From Polyangiaceae bacterium (GTDB lineage: Bacteria; Myxococcota_A; Polyangia; Polyangiales; Polyangiaceae), in NCBI GenBank assembly GCA_025937835.1, contig JAICQO010000013.1, forward strand, positions 25,931 through 89,930: a stretch of 64,000 nucleotides of DNA, read 5' to 3'. Shown one piece after another: positions 36,992-46,141 of this stretch (positions are counted from its first letter, which is position 1; each line of letters begins with the position of its first letter). The translations under genes and the position numbers were made by a program. A model generated the notes under the pieces. The model made no database searches. It saw only the letters and a list, made by a program, of their open reading frames with translations, and was not told the origin of the DNA.

Positions 36992-38443
36992 ATGGCTAAG
37001 AAAGACGATCCGCCGCTGGACGCGTTCGAGGATGACGGCTGGGACTTCGGTCCACCCTCGGCACGGCGCTCGAGCTTACGTCCCGGAGTCCGGCGCAGCC
37101 TGAGGCCCGCAACGGAAGCGGTGCGCGCCGTGGAGGAGCAGCGAAAGGACGACGCCCGGCGCGTCGTCGACAGCTTCGTCGAATCCGGCTGGTCCGAGCC
37201 TCCGCAGGCCGACGACGAACCGACCCGGATCGCCGCCACCAACGCCGTCACCGCGGCGCTGGCCGGCTCGGCCGTGATCCACGAGGCTCCGGTCGCCGTC
37301 GCGGCGCCCTCCGCGCCCGAGCCCGAGCCCGAGGTCCCGGCCGCGCCCGAGCCCGCGGCGTCCGTCGCGCCCGAGCCGAGCCCCGAGCCGGCCGTGTCGG
37401 TTACACCTGCCGTGTCCGCTGCGCCCGCAGCGCGCCGAGCCGCGGTGCGCCCGGCCGCCACGCGCACAGGTCCCCAGCCGAGCCTTTCGCGCAGCGCACG
37501 CGCGCGCGGCGCGACTCCGATCTCTTTCCCGGCCGAGGCGCGTCCGTCCGTGCCTGCGCTGTCTATCCCAGTGGCCGCAAACGCGCCGACGTCCGCTGCA
37601 GCGACGGCGTCGATTCCGGCGGCCGTGACCGCGGACTCGATGCCTGTCGCGGCCAGCGTTTCGGTGTCCGCCGCAGCAGCGCCCGCCGTCGCCGTCTCCA
37701 CGCCTGCGCCGGCTTCCGTAGCGCCGTCGCCGCTAGCGGCCGTCGCCGCGCCCAGCATCGAGATCGCGAGCGACCCCCCGCTCGCCGAAGCCACGGATCA
37801 CGAGCCTGACAGCGTTTCGGGGGCGCGCCTCGTGCACCCCTCGCGTCGTGCTCCGTCCGTCACGGCGTCGTTCCACCCGGTGGTGCCGGACATCGCCTCG
37901 GCCCGGCCGATGCCTCGCCGGGCGTTCTCGCCCATGAACGTGTTGCCGCTCGCCAGCCTGGTGCTTTCGACCATGGGCATCGGCTTTTTGATGTTTGGCG
38001 GCTCGCCTTCGGCCGAGGCCACGACCGCCTCGCGAGCTGAACCGGCTGCGGCGGCGGCGCCCGCGCCGTTGGTCGCCAAGGCCCCCGAGCGCACCACGCC
38101 CGCGAAGCCCGAGGACACGAAGCAGCCCGCCGCACCGGCGCGCGCAGCGGCCGCTCCCGCTCCGAAGAAGGTGGAAGAGCAGCCGCTCGCCGCCGCTCCC
38201 GCCGCCGTGAAGGCCGAAGCCGCCGACACCGTCAAGGTCGAGCTCACCGTCTACCCGTACGACTCCGCCGTCGGTTACCTCGGCATCATGCAGAAGGGCG
38301 GCCCGACCTACTCGTTCGACGTGCCCAAGGACAAATCGATCGCGGTCGAGGTGGCGCGCAAGGGCTATGGAACGCGCAAGGTCACGCTCGACGGCACACA
38401 GCCCAAGCTCTGGGTCGGCCTTCGCAAGTCGAAGGCCGAATGA
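36992..38443 (+). CDS. Hypothetical bitopic membrane protein with Ala/Pro-rich cytoplasmic region and small PEGA-like C-terminal domain
   Basis: One TM (LASLVLSTMGIGFLMFG); C-terminal IAVEVARKGYGTRKVTLDG. Confidence 0.55.
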   Translation: MAKKDDPPLDAFEDDGWDFGPPSARRSSLRPGVRRSLRPATEAVRAVEEQRKDDARRVVDSFVESGWSEPPQADDEPTRIAATNAVTAALAGSAVIHEAPVAVAAPSAPEPEPEVPAAPEPAASVAPEPSPEPAVSVTPAVSAAPAARRAAVRPAATRTGPQPSLSRSARARGATPISFPAEARPSVPALSIPVAANAPTSAAATASIPAAVTADSMPVAASVSVSAAAAPAVAVSTPAPASVAPSPLAAVAAPSIEIASDPPLAEATDHEPDSVSGARLVHPSRRAPSVTASFHPVVPDIASARPMPRRAFSPMNVLPLASLVLSTMGIGFLMFGGSPSAEATTASRAEPAAAAAPAPLVAKAPERTTPAKPEDTKQPAAPARAAAAPAPKKVEEQPLAAAPAAVKAEAADTVKVELTVYPYDSAVGYLGIMQKGGPTYSFDVPKDKSIAVEVARKGYGTRKVTLDGTQPKLWVGLRKSKAE

Positions 38444-38449
38444 CCGGGC

Positions 38450-41431
38450 TCACGCGGCCGGCAGCGCCAATGCCGACAAGTAGGCGTCGCGCACGGTCGC
38501 CGTGACCAGCTCGTACTGAGCGAGCAGCTGCTCGGCTGCTGAGCGCCCCGGCTCGTCGGAGAAGCCCATGCGACGCGACAGCTCGGAGAGGCCCGGCGCG
38601 CGGGTATCGATCACCGACGCGCTCTGGCCCGTGAGCACGTGGATCCGCTGCTCGAGCCGGCGCAAGAAGCGGTAGCCCTCGCGCAGCTCGTCGAAGCGCT
38701 GGCGATCGATCTCGCCGATCGCGAACAATGCGTCGAGCGCGGCCCCGGTGTCGGTGCTGCGCACGCGGTGGTCTGCACCGTGCTGCATTTGCAGCCACTG
38801 CACGCAGAACTCCACGTCGAGCAGGCCGCCCTTGCCCGTCTTCAGATCGTAGCGGCCGGGGCGCTCGCGTCCGAGCTCGTGCTGCATGCGGAGCCGCATG
38901 CGGTGAAGCGCTTCCACGTCGGGGGCGCCGCCCTCGTACGCCGCCGCTTCCGCGACCGCGATCGCGCGCCGCCCGAGCTCGGGATCGCCCGCGCAGAACC
39001 GCGCACGGAGCAGCGCCTGACGTTCCCAGGGCGCACCCGACGAGCTCACGCTCGGTCCAATCAGCTCGTCCCCGGGGAAGGCGAGCCCGTGGTAGCGCGC
39101 GAACGCGCCGAGCGAGGTCACGAGCATCCCCTGCGAGCCCGACGGACGCAGCCGCGTGTCGAGCTCGTAGCCGTGGCCCGCCGCGCTCGGCTCGGAGAGC
39201 AGCCGGATGATGCGCTGAGCCAGCCGCGAGAAGTGGCTCGACGCCTCGACACGGCTGGGTGCCGCGTCGGGGTCGAACACGAAGATCACGTCGAGATCCG
39301 AGCCGTAGCCGAGCTCTCGCCCGCCGAGCTTACCGAGCGCGAGCAGCGCGAGGCCGCGCGGCGAGGGCCCGAGCACGCGGCGAGCCGTGTGGTCGAGCTC
39401 TGCTTCCGCGAGCTCCGATAAAAGCCGCGTCGTCTCGCGGAGCCCGATGCTGCCAGCGAGATCGGCGACGGCGAGCTCGACCGTCACGCGCCGCTTGGCG
39501 ACGCGCAGCGCGGTCACGAAGGCTTGTTGCGCCTCGTCCTCGGCGGCTTCGGGGCCGAGCGCCGCCAGGTGCGTCTCGAGCTCGAGGTCCACCGCCGCCC
39601 GCGGTTCGCTGACGGCGCCGCCACCGAACAACACCACGTCCGACAGATCCGGCCGCGCCACGATCGCGTCGCCGACGAAGCTCGACGATCCGAGCACCGT
39701 GACGAAGCGCGACAGGGCGTGGGGATCTTCTGCGAGCGCACCGACGTAGGGCGAGGCATCGACGAAGCGGCCGAAGAACGCGCGCAGGTAGCGGGCGGCC
39801 TGTTCCGGGTCGGGGCTCTCCGAGAGCGCCTCGAGCACGGCCTCTGCAAAGCCGGGCCGGCGCTCGCGGGTGAGCTCGCCGAGCAACCCGTCCGGGCGCC
39901 GAGAGAGCGCGCCGAGATGCTCGCCGATTTCGGCCGAGTCGAAGACGCGCTCGGCTTCGGCGAGCGCGCTCTGCCCGTCGGACAGCGCGCTCAAGAGCGC
40001 GGAAAATCGCTTGGGAGCCTGCTGTTTTTGGCCCTTCGGCAGCATCGACGCGAACAGTGTGGAGACGGCTTCACGCACCCGCGTGAGCTCCTCGAGCAGC
40101 GGGCGCTCGTCTGTGTGCCCGAGCGTGCGGGCGAGCCGAGACAGCTCGTCGGGCTCGCTCGGCAAGAGGTGCGTCTGAACGCCGGTCGTCCACTGCACGC
40201 GGTGCTCGAGCCGGCGCAGCAAGGCGTGCGCTTGGGATAGCGTGCGCGCCTCGCGATCGCTCAGCATGCCGCGGCTCCGCAGCCGCGCCACGGCCTCCAG
40301 CGTGCCCTGGACGCGCAAGGCCGGAGTCTGCCCGCCGAACACGAGCTGCAGCGTCTGGGCGAAGAACTCGAGCTCGCGGATCCCGCCCGGGCCGAGCTTC
40401 AGATCGCGGCTCGGGTCCGGTGAGAGCTCGTGGCGCGAGCGCTCGACCAGCTCGGCGAGGCCGAGCGCGATCGACGGATCGACGGCCGAGCGATACACGA
40501 AGGGCGTGAACACCTCGCGCACGACCGCGCTGCCGAGCGCGCGGTCGCCAGCCACGGCACGAGCGCGCAGCAGCGCCGCCCGCTCCCAGAGCCGCCCCCA
40601 GGTCTCGTAGTAACGCTCGGTCGCGGCCATGGAATTGACGAGCGGGCCGCGCGAGCCCTCGGGCCGCAGGCGCAGATCGACCCGCCACACGAAGCCGTCT
40701 TCGCTCGGGGTTTCGAGCGTCGCGACCAGCCGCCGTACCACGCGCGTCCAGTGATCGTGCAGGTTCGATTCGCCCGCGCCGTCGTCGGTGTCGTAGACGA
40801 ACAGCAGGTCGACGTCCGAGCCGGCGTTCAGCTCTTCACCGCCGAGCTTGCCCATCCCGAACACGACCAGACCCGACGGCTCCCCCCCGCGCCGCTCGGG
40901 CATGCCGGACTGCGAGGCCACGTGGTGAGACGCTTCCTCCAGCGAAAGCTCGATCGTGACGTCCGCCAGCATCGACAGCTCGTGGGCCGTCGTCGAAACC
41001 GGCGCGCCGCCGAGCTCGATCGGCAACAGCTCGCGCAGGGCGATCCGCGCCCGCTCCGTCCACGCAAAGCGCCGCAGCGCGCTCGCGAAGCTCCGGGCGT
41101 CGGAGGCCTGAGCCACGGCGCGCCGCGCGTCCAGCGTCAGATCCCGCCGGCGTCGCCCCGCGCGCACTCCCACCTTCGACAGCCGGTCGAGCGCGTCGAG
41201 CCGCTCGCCGGCGAGGTCGGCGAAGGGCGGAAAAGCGGTGGCGAGCAACAGCAAAAGGGCGCGCCGCCGTCCACCCCCGAGCTCGGACGCCAGGTTTTTC
41301 GCCCGCTCGGGGTCGATGCTCTCGGCGAGAGCCACGAAACGGCTGTCCTGGTCCACGCTCGCTCTCGGGCCCAAGATCGTGCCTTGCCCGCGGCCCCGGC
41401 GCCATTCCGACAGGGTTTCGGAGGCCGTCAC
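38450..41431 (-). CDS. glnE: Bifunctional glutamine synthetase adenylyltransferase/removing enzyme
   Basis: Two NT motifs GMGKLGGEELNAGSDVDL and LGKLGGRELGYGSDLDV; VDLRLRPEG; DLKLGPGGIRELEF. Confidence 0.92.
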   Translation of the reverse strand: MTASETLSEWRRGRGQGTILGPRASVDQDSRFVALAESIDPERAKNLASELGGGRRRALLLLLATAFPPFADLAGERLDALDRLSKVGVRAGRRRRDLTLDARRAVAQASDARSFASALRRFAWTERARIALRELLPIELGGAPVSTTAHELSMLADVTIELSLEEASHHVASQSGMPERRGGEPSGLVVFGMGKLGGEELNAGSDVDLLFVYDTDDGAGESNLHDHWTRVVRRLVATLETPSEDGFVWRVDLRLRPEGSRGPLVNSMAATERYYETWGRLWERAALLRARAVAGDRALGSAVVREVFTPFVYRSAVDPSIALGLAELVERSRHELSPDPSRDLKLGPGGIRELEFFAQTLQLVFGGQTPALRVQGTLEAVARLRSRGMLSDREARTLSQAHALLRRLEHRVQWTTGVQTHLLPSEPDELSRLARTLGHTDERPLLEELTRVREAVSTLFASMLPKGQKQQAPKRFSALLSALSDGQSALAEAERVFDSAEIGEHLGALSRRPDGLLGELTRERRPGFAEAVLEALSESPDPEQAARYLRAFFGRFVDASPYVGALAEDPHALSRFVTVLGSSSFVGDAIVARPDLSDVVLFGGGAVSEPRAAVDLELETHLAALGPEAAEDEAQQAFVTALRVAKRRVTVELAVADLAGSIGLRETTRLLSELAEAELDHTARRVLGPSPRGLALLALGKLGGRELGYGSDLDVIFVFDPDAAPSRVEASSHFSRLAQRIIRLLSEPSAAGHGYELDTRLRPSGSQGMLVTSLGAFARYHGLAFPGDELIGPSVSSSGAPWERQALLRARFCAGDPELGRRAIAVAEAAAYEGGAPDVEALHRMRLRMQHELGRERPGRYDLKTGKGGLLDVEFCVQWLQMQHGADHRVRSTDTGAALDALFAIGEIDRQRFDELREGYRFLRRLEQRIHVLTGQSASVIDTRAPGLSELSRRMGFSDEPGRSAAEQLLAQYELVTATVRDAYLSALALPAA

Positions 41432-41498
41432 AGGACCGACGGCCGGCAGCGCTCTCTTGTTCTCGTCCGCGCAAGGGCGTACGACCGCTGGTTCGTAG

Positions 41499-42131
41499 AT
41501 GCGATTCCTGTGCGTCTCGGATATTCACGGGCACGCCCGCGCCCTCGACGCGGTGATCGAAGAGGCCCAGTCCCTCGGCTTCGACCAGCTCGTGGCGTGC
41601 GGCGATCTGGTCTTTCCCGGCCCGGAGCCGCTCGCGGTCTGGAAGACATTGGTGAAGCACCGGGCGCTGTGCGTGCAGGGCATGAGCGACCGAGCGCTGT
41701 CGCAGATCGATCCCACGCGCCTGTCGGCCACCACCGAGCACGAGCGCGACCGCATCGAACGTTTCCGAGAAGTGCAGAACGAGCTCGGTGAGCTGATCAT
41801 CGCGCGCCTCGGCAAGTTGCCGCCGCTCGCCCGGCTGCCGCTCGAATCCGGTCACACGCTGCTCGTGGTCCACGGCTCTCCCGCCGATCCGAGCGAGCCG
41901 TTCACGCTCGAGATGAGCGACGACGAAATCCTCGCGCTGCTCGGAGACGAGCCCGGGGACGTGATCGTGTGCGGCGGCAGTCACGTGCCCTTCGAGCGGA
42001 ACGTCGCGGACGTTCGGATCGTGAACGTGGGCTCGGTGGGCGAGGCCCCGGGCGGCGGCTACGCCCACGCGGCCATCGTCACCAGCACCGGAACCGAGTT
42101 CGGAGTGACGCCGCTGCTGGTCACGCTGTAG
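41499..42131 (+). CDS. Metallophosphoesterase-fold protein (YfcE-like) with altered metal motifs
   Basis: SDIHG, CGDL, HGSP, VNVGSVG; GNxD appears as GMSD and GHxH as GGSH. Confidence 0.75.
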   Translation: MRFLCVSDIHGHARALDAVIEEAQSLGFDQLVACGDLVFPGPEPLAVWKTLVKHRALCVQGMSDRALSQIDPTRLSATTEHERDRIERFREVQNELGELIIARLGKLPPLARLPLESGHTLLVVHGSPADPSEPFTLEMSDDEILALLGDEPGDVIVCGGSHVPFERNVADVRIVNVGSVGEAPGGGYAHAAIVTSTGTEFGVTPLLVTL

Positions 42132-42175
42132 CTTTCCCCGAGGGAATCGAGCCCTGCCCGGAGCGAGTCGAACGG

Positions 42176-43201
42176 ATGAGCCCCGACACCGCAGTCAGGA
42201 TCAGCACCAGCGAAGCAGAACGGCGCATGTCGTGCGTGCTGCACGTGGTCGGCTTCGACTTCGCCAACAAGGTCGAGGTCAAGCTGCAGCTCGACCAGGC
42301 GCGGGACGCGATGGACGCCGGCAAGTTCGTGTGGATCGACTGCGCCGCCAGTGACGTCGTCGAGGCGCGCGAGCTGCTCTCGTCACTCGGCCTGTTTTCG
42401 GAGGAGGTGCTGCAGGCGGCGCTCCACAGCGAGCCGGCGACGCAACACGCCCGCTACGACGAGTACCTGCACCTCGTGGTCTCGGGCTGTCGGGTCCGCG
42501 CGCACGCCTTCGAGCTAGAGCGCGTCGACGTGGTGATCGCCGAGAAGTTCCTGGCCACGATCCACCGCGGTCCGGTCGACTTTTTGAACGCGGTGCGCCG
42601 CGACTATCGAAACGACTTCGTGCGCTTCGCCAAGAGCCCGAGCTTTCTCCTCTACGAGATCTGGGATCACCTGGTCGAGAACTACCTGACCGTGCAAAAG
42701 CACATGGAGGAGCGGGTCGAGGCGCTCCAGAACGAGCTCCGCGGTGACCGCGTCGACGACCAGGTGTTCGCGCGGATCTCGGAGCTTGGCGCCGATCTCT
42801 TGCATTTCCGCAAGATCTTGCTGCCGGCGCGGGCCGTGCTGACCGATCTCGCGACGCGAAAGTCTCTGTTCGTGAGCGAGGCGACGCAGCACTTCCTCGC
42901 CAACATCGTGGGAACCGTCGAGCACGTGCTTCAGGATCTGCTCGTCGATCGCGAGATTTTGTCCGAGTCGCTGAACCTTTACATGTCCATCGTCAGCCAC
43001 CGCACCAACGAGGTGATGAAGCGGCTGACCGTGGTCAGCGTGATCTTTCTGCCCCTGACGTTCCTGGTCGGGGTTTACGGCATGAACTTCGAGGTGCTGC
43101 CGGAGCTGCGCTGGCACTACGGCTACCTGTACTTCTGGATGGCGGTAGTGGTCGTGGTGGTCGGGCTGTTGTCGTTGATGCGCCGCTCGCGCATCCTGTA
43201 G
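42176..43201 (+). CDS. corA: Mg/Co transporter CorA family
   Basis: TNEVMKRLTVVSVIFLPLTFLVGVYGMNF (GMN signature) and two C-terminal TMs; start uncertain. Confidence 0.9.
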   Translation: MSPDTAVRISTSEAERRMSCVLHVVGFDFANKVEVKLQLDQARDAMDAGKFVWIDCAASDVVEARELLSSLGLFSEEVLQAALHSEPATQHARYDEYLHLVVSGCRVRAHAFELERVDVVIAEKFLATIHRGPVDFLNAVRRDYRNDFVRFAKSPSFLLYEIWDHLVENYLTVQKHMEERVEALQNELRGDRVDDQVFARISELGADLLHFRKILLPARAVLTDLATRKSLFVSEATQHFLANIVGTVEHVLQDLLVDREILSESLNLYMSIVSHRTNEVMKRLTVVSVIFLPLTFLVGVYGMNFEVLPELRWHYGYLYFWMAVVVVVVGLLSLMRRSRIL

Positions 43202-43211
43202 ACTTCCGCGC

Positions 43212-44507
43212 ATGCAATCCGCGGCGCTCGGCTGGTCGGTCGTGATCCTCGCCTGCCTCGCCGCCGCCTGCAGCAGCGAACCGCTCGGCTCGGACCCGGG
43301 GGAGGGAGGCGGCGAGGCGGGTTCGTCGAGCGGCGGTGCCACGGGCGGTCTCGTCGGCAGCGGGGGAAAGCCGAGCACTCCCGGTGAGCTCCCGGATTAC
43401 AGCGGGTCCCCCTGTTACGGGCAAGCGGCGACCACGCTGGTTTACGACGGGGAGACGCACGAGACGCCGGAGGTCTCGGTCGTGTGCCGCGCTGAGACCG
43501 AGCGCGTCCGGCTCTACGTCGCGCCGGAGCTCTTCGGCAGCAGCATCACGCAGGAACAGATCAACGGCTTCCTCCACCGCTACGAGCTCACCGGCAACCC
43601 CGGCGCCTACCGCGACGATCTCGGAGTCTTGCCCACGGAGGAGGCCGTGTTCGGCGCGCTCCCGACGAGCCAGCTCCCCGACGGAAAGCTGCCGATCTTC
43701 GTGATCGACACCAACGGCGGTGGCGCGGGCTACCTGTGCGGCTGGTGCGACGGCGTCGAGCTCCACCTCGACGGCACCGATCTTTCCCCGCTGGACGGCG
43801 ACGGCGCAGTGTCGATCGCCGCGCACGAGACCTTCCACGCCATCCACCGCGCGTACGACGCGAACGAGGCGGGCTGGCTGGACGAGACCCTGGCTCAGGC
43901 GGCGATGGTCGCGAACGGCTTTTTCAGCACTGATCGCGCGCTGCTCAACCGCTTTGCGCGAAAATCGAACGTCAACTGGGGCCCGGGGCAGAGCGACGCG
44001 CGCAAATTCGACTACGGCGCCGGGCTCGCCTTGGGCGCCTACCTGTGGGAGCTCGGCGGCGCGGAGCTGATGCGCGCCGTCACCCAGAACCCGGCCAACG
44101 GCTGGGCCGGCCTCGAGGCGGCGCTCGCCGACACGGGCCACGCCCGGTCCGGCAGCGAGGTGCTGCTCGACCTGGCCGTCGCGCTCTGGCTCGACGATCC
44201 GGCGCGCGGCCACGGCTTCGATAGCTTCGACCTGGTGGACGGCGTCGGGACCACGGCGCTCGACGCGGACGTGAGCGGCGTGGTCGAGCCGTACGGCCTG
44301 GTCTACCTAGCGATCGGCGAGGGCGTGAGCTCGCTGCGCGTCGAGGGCGCAGGCACCCTGCGCGCGCGGATAGCCACCGACTCCGAGCCGGTGCAGATCC
44401 TCGAGGTCGAGCTCGGCGCGGATACGCCCCTCCCGGGGGAGCGAAGCGTGCTGATCCTCAGCGCCGAGAGCAGCGCGGGCGTCGGCTACGACGTGGTGCT
44501 GCCCTGA
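43212..44507 (+). CDS. Lipoprotein, putative Zn metallopeptidase (HExxH)
   Basis: Lipobox AAC; AHETFHAIH followed by WLDETLAQ third-ligand-like motif. Confidence 0.62.
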   Translation: MQSAALGWSVVILACLAAACSSEPLGSDPGEGGGEAGSSSGGATGGLVGSGGKPSTPGELPDYSGSPCYGQAATTLVYDGETHETPEVSVVCRAETERVRLYVAPELFGSSITQEQINGFLHRYELTGNPGAYRDDLGVLPTEEAVFGALPTSQLPDGKLPIFVIDTNGGGAGYLCGWCDGVELHLDGTDLSPLDGDGAVSIAAHETFHAIHRAYDANEAGWLDETLAQAAMVANGFFSTDRALLNRFARKSNVNWGPGQSDARKFDYGAGLALGAYLWELGGAELMRAVTQNPANGWAGLEAALADTGHARSGSEVLLDLAVALWLDDPARGHGFDSFDLVDGVGTTALDADVSGVVEPYGLVYLAIGEGVSSLRVEGAGTLRARIATDSEPVQILEVELGADTPLPGERSVLILSAESSAGVGYDVVLP

Positions 44508-44513
44508 GCTCGT

Positions 44514-44540
44514 TGAATTCGAAAATCAATTAGGTTTTCA
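44514..44540. promoter_or_regulatory. Orphan AT-rich Fur-like site (TGAATTCGAAAATCA overlapping palindrome GAAAATCAATTAGGTTTTC)
   Basis: 12/15 identical to the box at 44984-44998; the 19-mer at 44521-44539 is 14/19 self-complementary. Confidence 0.4.
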
Positions 44541-44670
44541 CCAGGATTCGTTCGAATGCAGCCCTTTTCAAGGCAGGGGCGAACCCTAATGACAATCGTA
44601 TTCGTTGGGTGCCGTACAATCGGCGCCCCTGGCAGAAGGCCGCAGCGTCGTCGAAAAGGCCGTGTCACGG

Positions 44671-44856
44671 TTACGGCTCCCCCTCGCTGCTGACCTCCTG
44701 CCAGGGGATCACCACGACGCGGCGGCAGCGGGAGCACTTGAGCTCGAGCCCGGCTCGGGTGACCTTCGCCAACAGCTTTCCGCATTCACAGCGCCGATCG
44801 GTCGTGTTGGAGGCTTCAGAACGGGCAGTGACGGCGGGGCCGGGCGAGCAGGACAT
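44671..44856 (-). CDS. Small Com-like zinc-ribbon protein (61 aa)
   Basis: GAGGT RBS 8 nt before the ATG; RCECGKLLAKV...LELKCSRCRRVVVIP (CxCGKLL...KCxRC as in Mu Com-type fingers). Confidence 0.7.
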   Translation of the reverse strand: MSCSPGPAVTARSEASNTTDRRCECGKLLAKVTRAGLELKCSRCRRVVVIPWQEVSSEGEP

Positions 44857-44959
44857 CGTTGTCTACCTCGAGAACCAGTGATCGCGCTGCCGACCCGTGG
44901 CCATCACGGCGGCGACGGGCGAGCGACGTGCCCCCACCCTTACCAGGAGCGGTGCGAAC

Positions 44960-44998
44960 TGAAAATGATTTTCAACAAAGCACTGAAAATGAAAATCA
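44960..44998. promoter_or_regulatory. Tandem Fur-type boxes: TGAAAAT-G-ATTTTCA (44960-44974) and TGAAAAT-G-AAAATCA (44984-44998)
   Basis: The first is a perfect 7-1-7 palindrome differing from the Fur TGATAAT-N-ATTATCA at one symmetric position per half; ACTGAAAATGA is repeated with a 24-bp period. Confidence 0.7.
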
Positions 44999-45000
44999 AG

Positions 45001-45029
45001 TTCATGTGAGGGCGCGCCCGCGCTAGGCT
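45001..45029 (+). promoter_or_regulatory. Possible promoter TTCATG-N17-TAGGCT, 7 nt before ATG 45037 (leaderless)
   Basis: Canonical spacing; abuts the second Fur-like box; no SD. Confidence 0.4.
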
Positions 45030-45036
45030 GCGACCC

Positions 45037-45312
45037 ATGCCTCACGACAAGAACCGTCACGCCCGGCCCGAACCCAGCGACTGCAACCGGCGCCGCCTCG
45101 CGGAAGGTGGAATCGCCTCCGTCGACGTGTGCAGCTGCGGGATGCTGCAGGTCCACCTCGGCGCGCTCAGCATCCGGATGGACGAGGGGGCGTTGTCCGA
45201 GCTCGTGACGACGCTCCGGCGCGCGCTGTGGGAGCACGCGCTCGACCGGTCGGGGACGCGCGACGCGGGTGTGGTGTCGCTGTTCCACCCGGGCGAGCCG
45301 GGTCGGGCCTGA
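45037..45312 (+). CDS. Small hypothetical protein with CxC...H motif (91 aa)
   Basis: CNRRRLA...VDVCSCGMLQVHLGALSIRMD; divergent from the Com-like gene. Confidence 0.6.
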   Translation: MPHDKNRHARPEPSDCNRRRLAEGGIASVDVCSCGMLQVHLGALSIRMDEGALSELVTTLRRALWEHALDRSGTRDAGVVSLFHPGEPGRA

Positions 45313-45331
45313 GCTCCGTGCGGCTTCGGCT

Positions 45332-46141
45332 TCAGCCGCCGTCGAGCCCGCGGCGCAGGCCGCTCACCAGCTCGAACACGGCGCGCGCCCGGGCTTCGGT
45401 GTCGGTCGCTTCGGTCATGACGCGAACCACCTCGGTGCCCACGACCACGCCGTCCACGCCGGTGCGCGAGAGCGCGCTGGCGTCGGCTGGAGTGCGTACG
45501 CCGAAGCCGGCCACCACCGGCAGCCCTGCGCGATCTCCGACGGCGCGCGCGGTCTTGCCGGCTTCGCCGAGCGGTGCGCCCTTGGCGCCGGTCACGCCGG
45601 TGACCGTGACGTAGTAGACGAAGCCGCGCGCCTCGGCGAACAGCTTCGGCTCGCGCTCGGGCCGCGTCGTGGGCGCGACCAGCGGGATCATCGCCACGCC
45701 CGCGGCCTTGGCGGCCTCGCGCAGGGGCGCGCCTTCTTCCGGCGGTAGGTCGACGATCAACAGCCCATCGACGCCGGCCTGGGCCGCGGCGCCGGGCAGC
45801 GCCGTCTCGCCGAAGGCGACGACCGGGTTGTAGTAGCCCATCAACACCAGCGGCGCGGCGCTGCTCTTCCTGAGCTCGCTCGCGCAGGCGAGGGCCATCT
45901 TCAGCGAGCCGCCGCGCTGGATGGCGCGGTAGCTCGCGGCGGCGATCACCGGACCGTCCGCGGTCGGATCGCTGAACGGCATGCCGAGCTCGAGCACGTC
46001 GGCGCCCGCTTCGAGCGCGGCGCGCGCGCAAGCCAGCGTGTCTGCGAGGCTCGGCTCGCCGACGGTGAGGTACACGACCAGCGCCGTCTTGTTCCGTGTC
46101 TTGAGCGCGCCGAAGGTCTGCTCGATGCGCCCGCCGCTCAC
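45332..46141 (-). CDS. trpA: Tryptophan synthase alpha chain
   Basis: [49 protein letters not shown]. Confidence 0.96.
   Translation of the reverse strand: MSGGRIEQTFGALKTRNKTALVVYLTVGEPSLADTLACARAALEAGADVLELGMPFSDPTADGPVIAAASYRAIQRGGSLKMALACASELRKSSAAPLVLMGYYNPVVAFGETALPGAAAQAGVDGLLIVDLPPEEGAPLREAAKAAGVAMIPLVAPTTRPEREPKLFAEARGFVYYVTVTGVTGAKGAPLGEAGKTARAVGDRAGLPVVAGFGVRTPADASALSRTGVDGVVVGTEVVRVMTEATDTEARARAVFELVSGLRRGLDGG

Noticed and set aside
44671-44856. Com-like gene as a sign of a Mu-like prophage
   Set aside because: No transposase, mom, structural or other phage genes nearby; flanks are chromosomal
44605-45009. + strand ORFs 44605..45009 and 44609..44881, and - strand ORF 44863..45288
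   Set aside because: No RBS or motifs; they run through AT-rich operator-like DNA and overlap better-supported small genes
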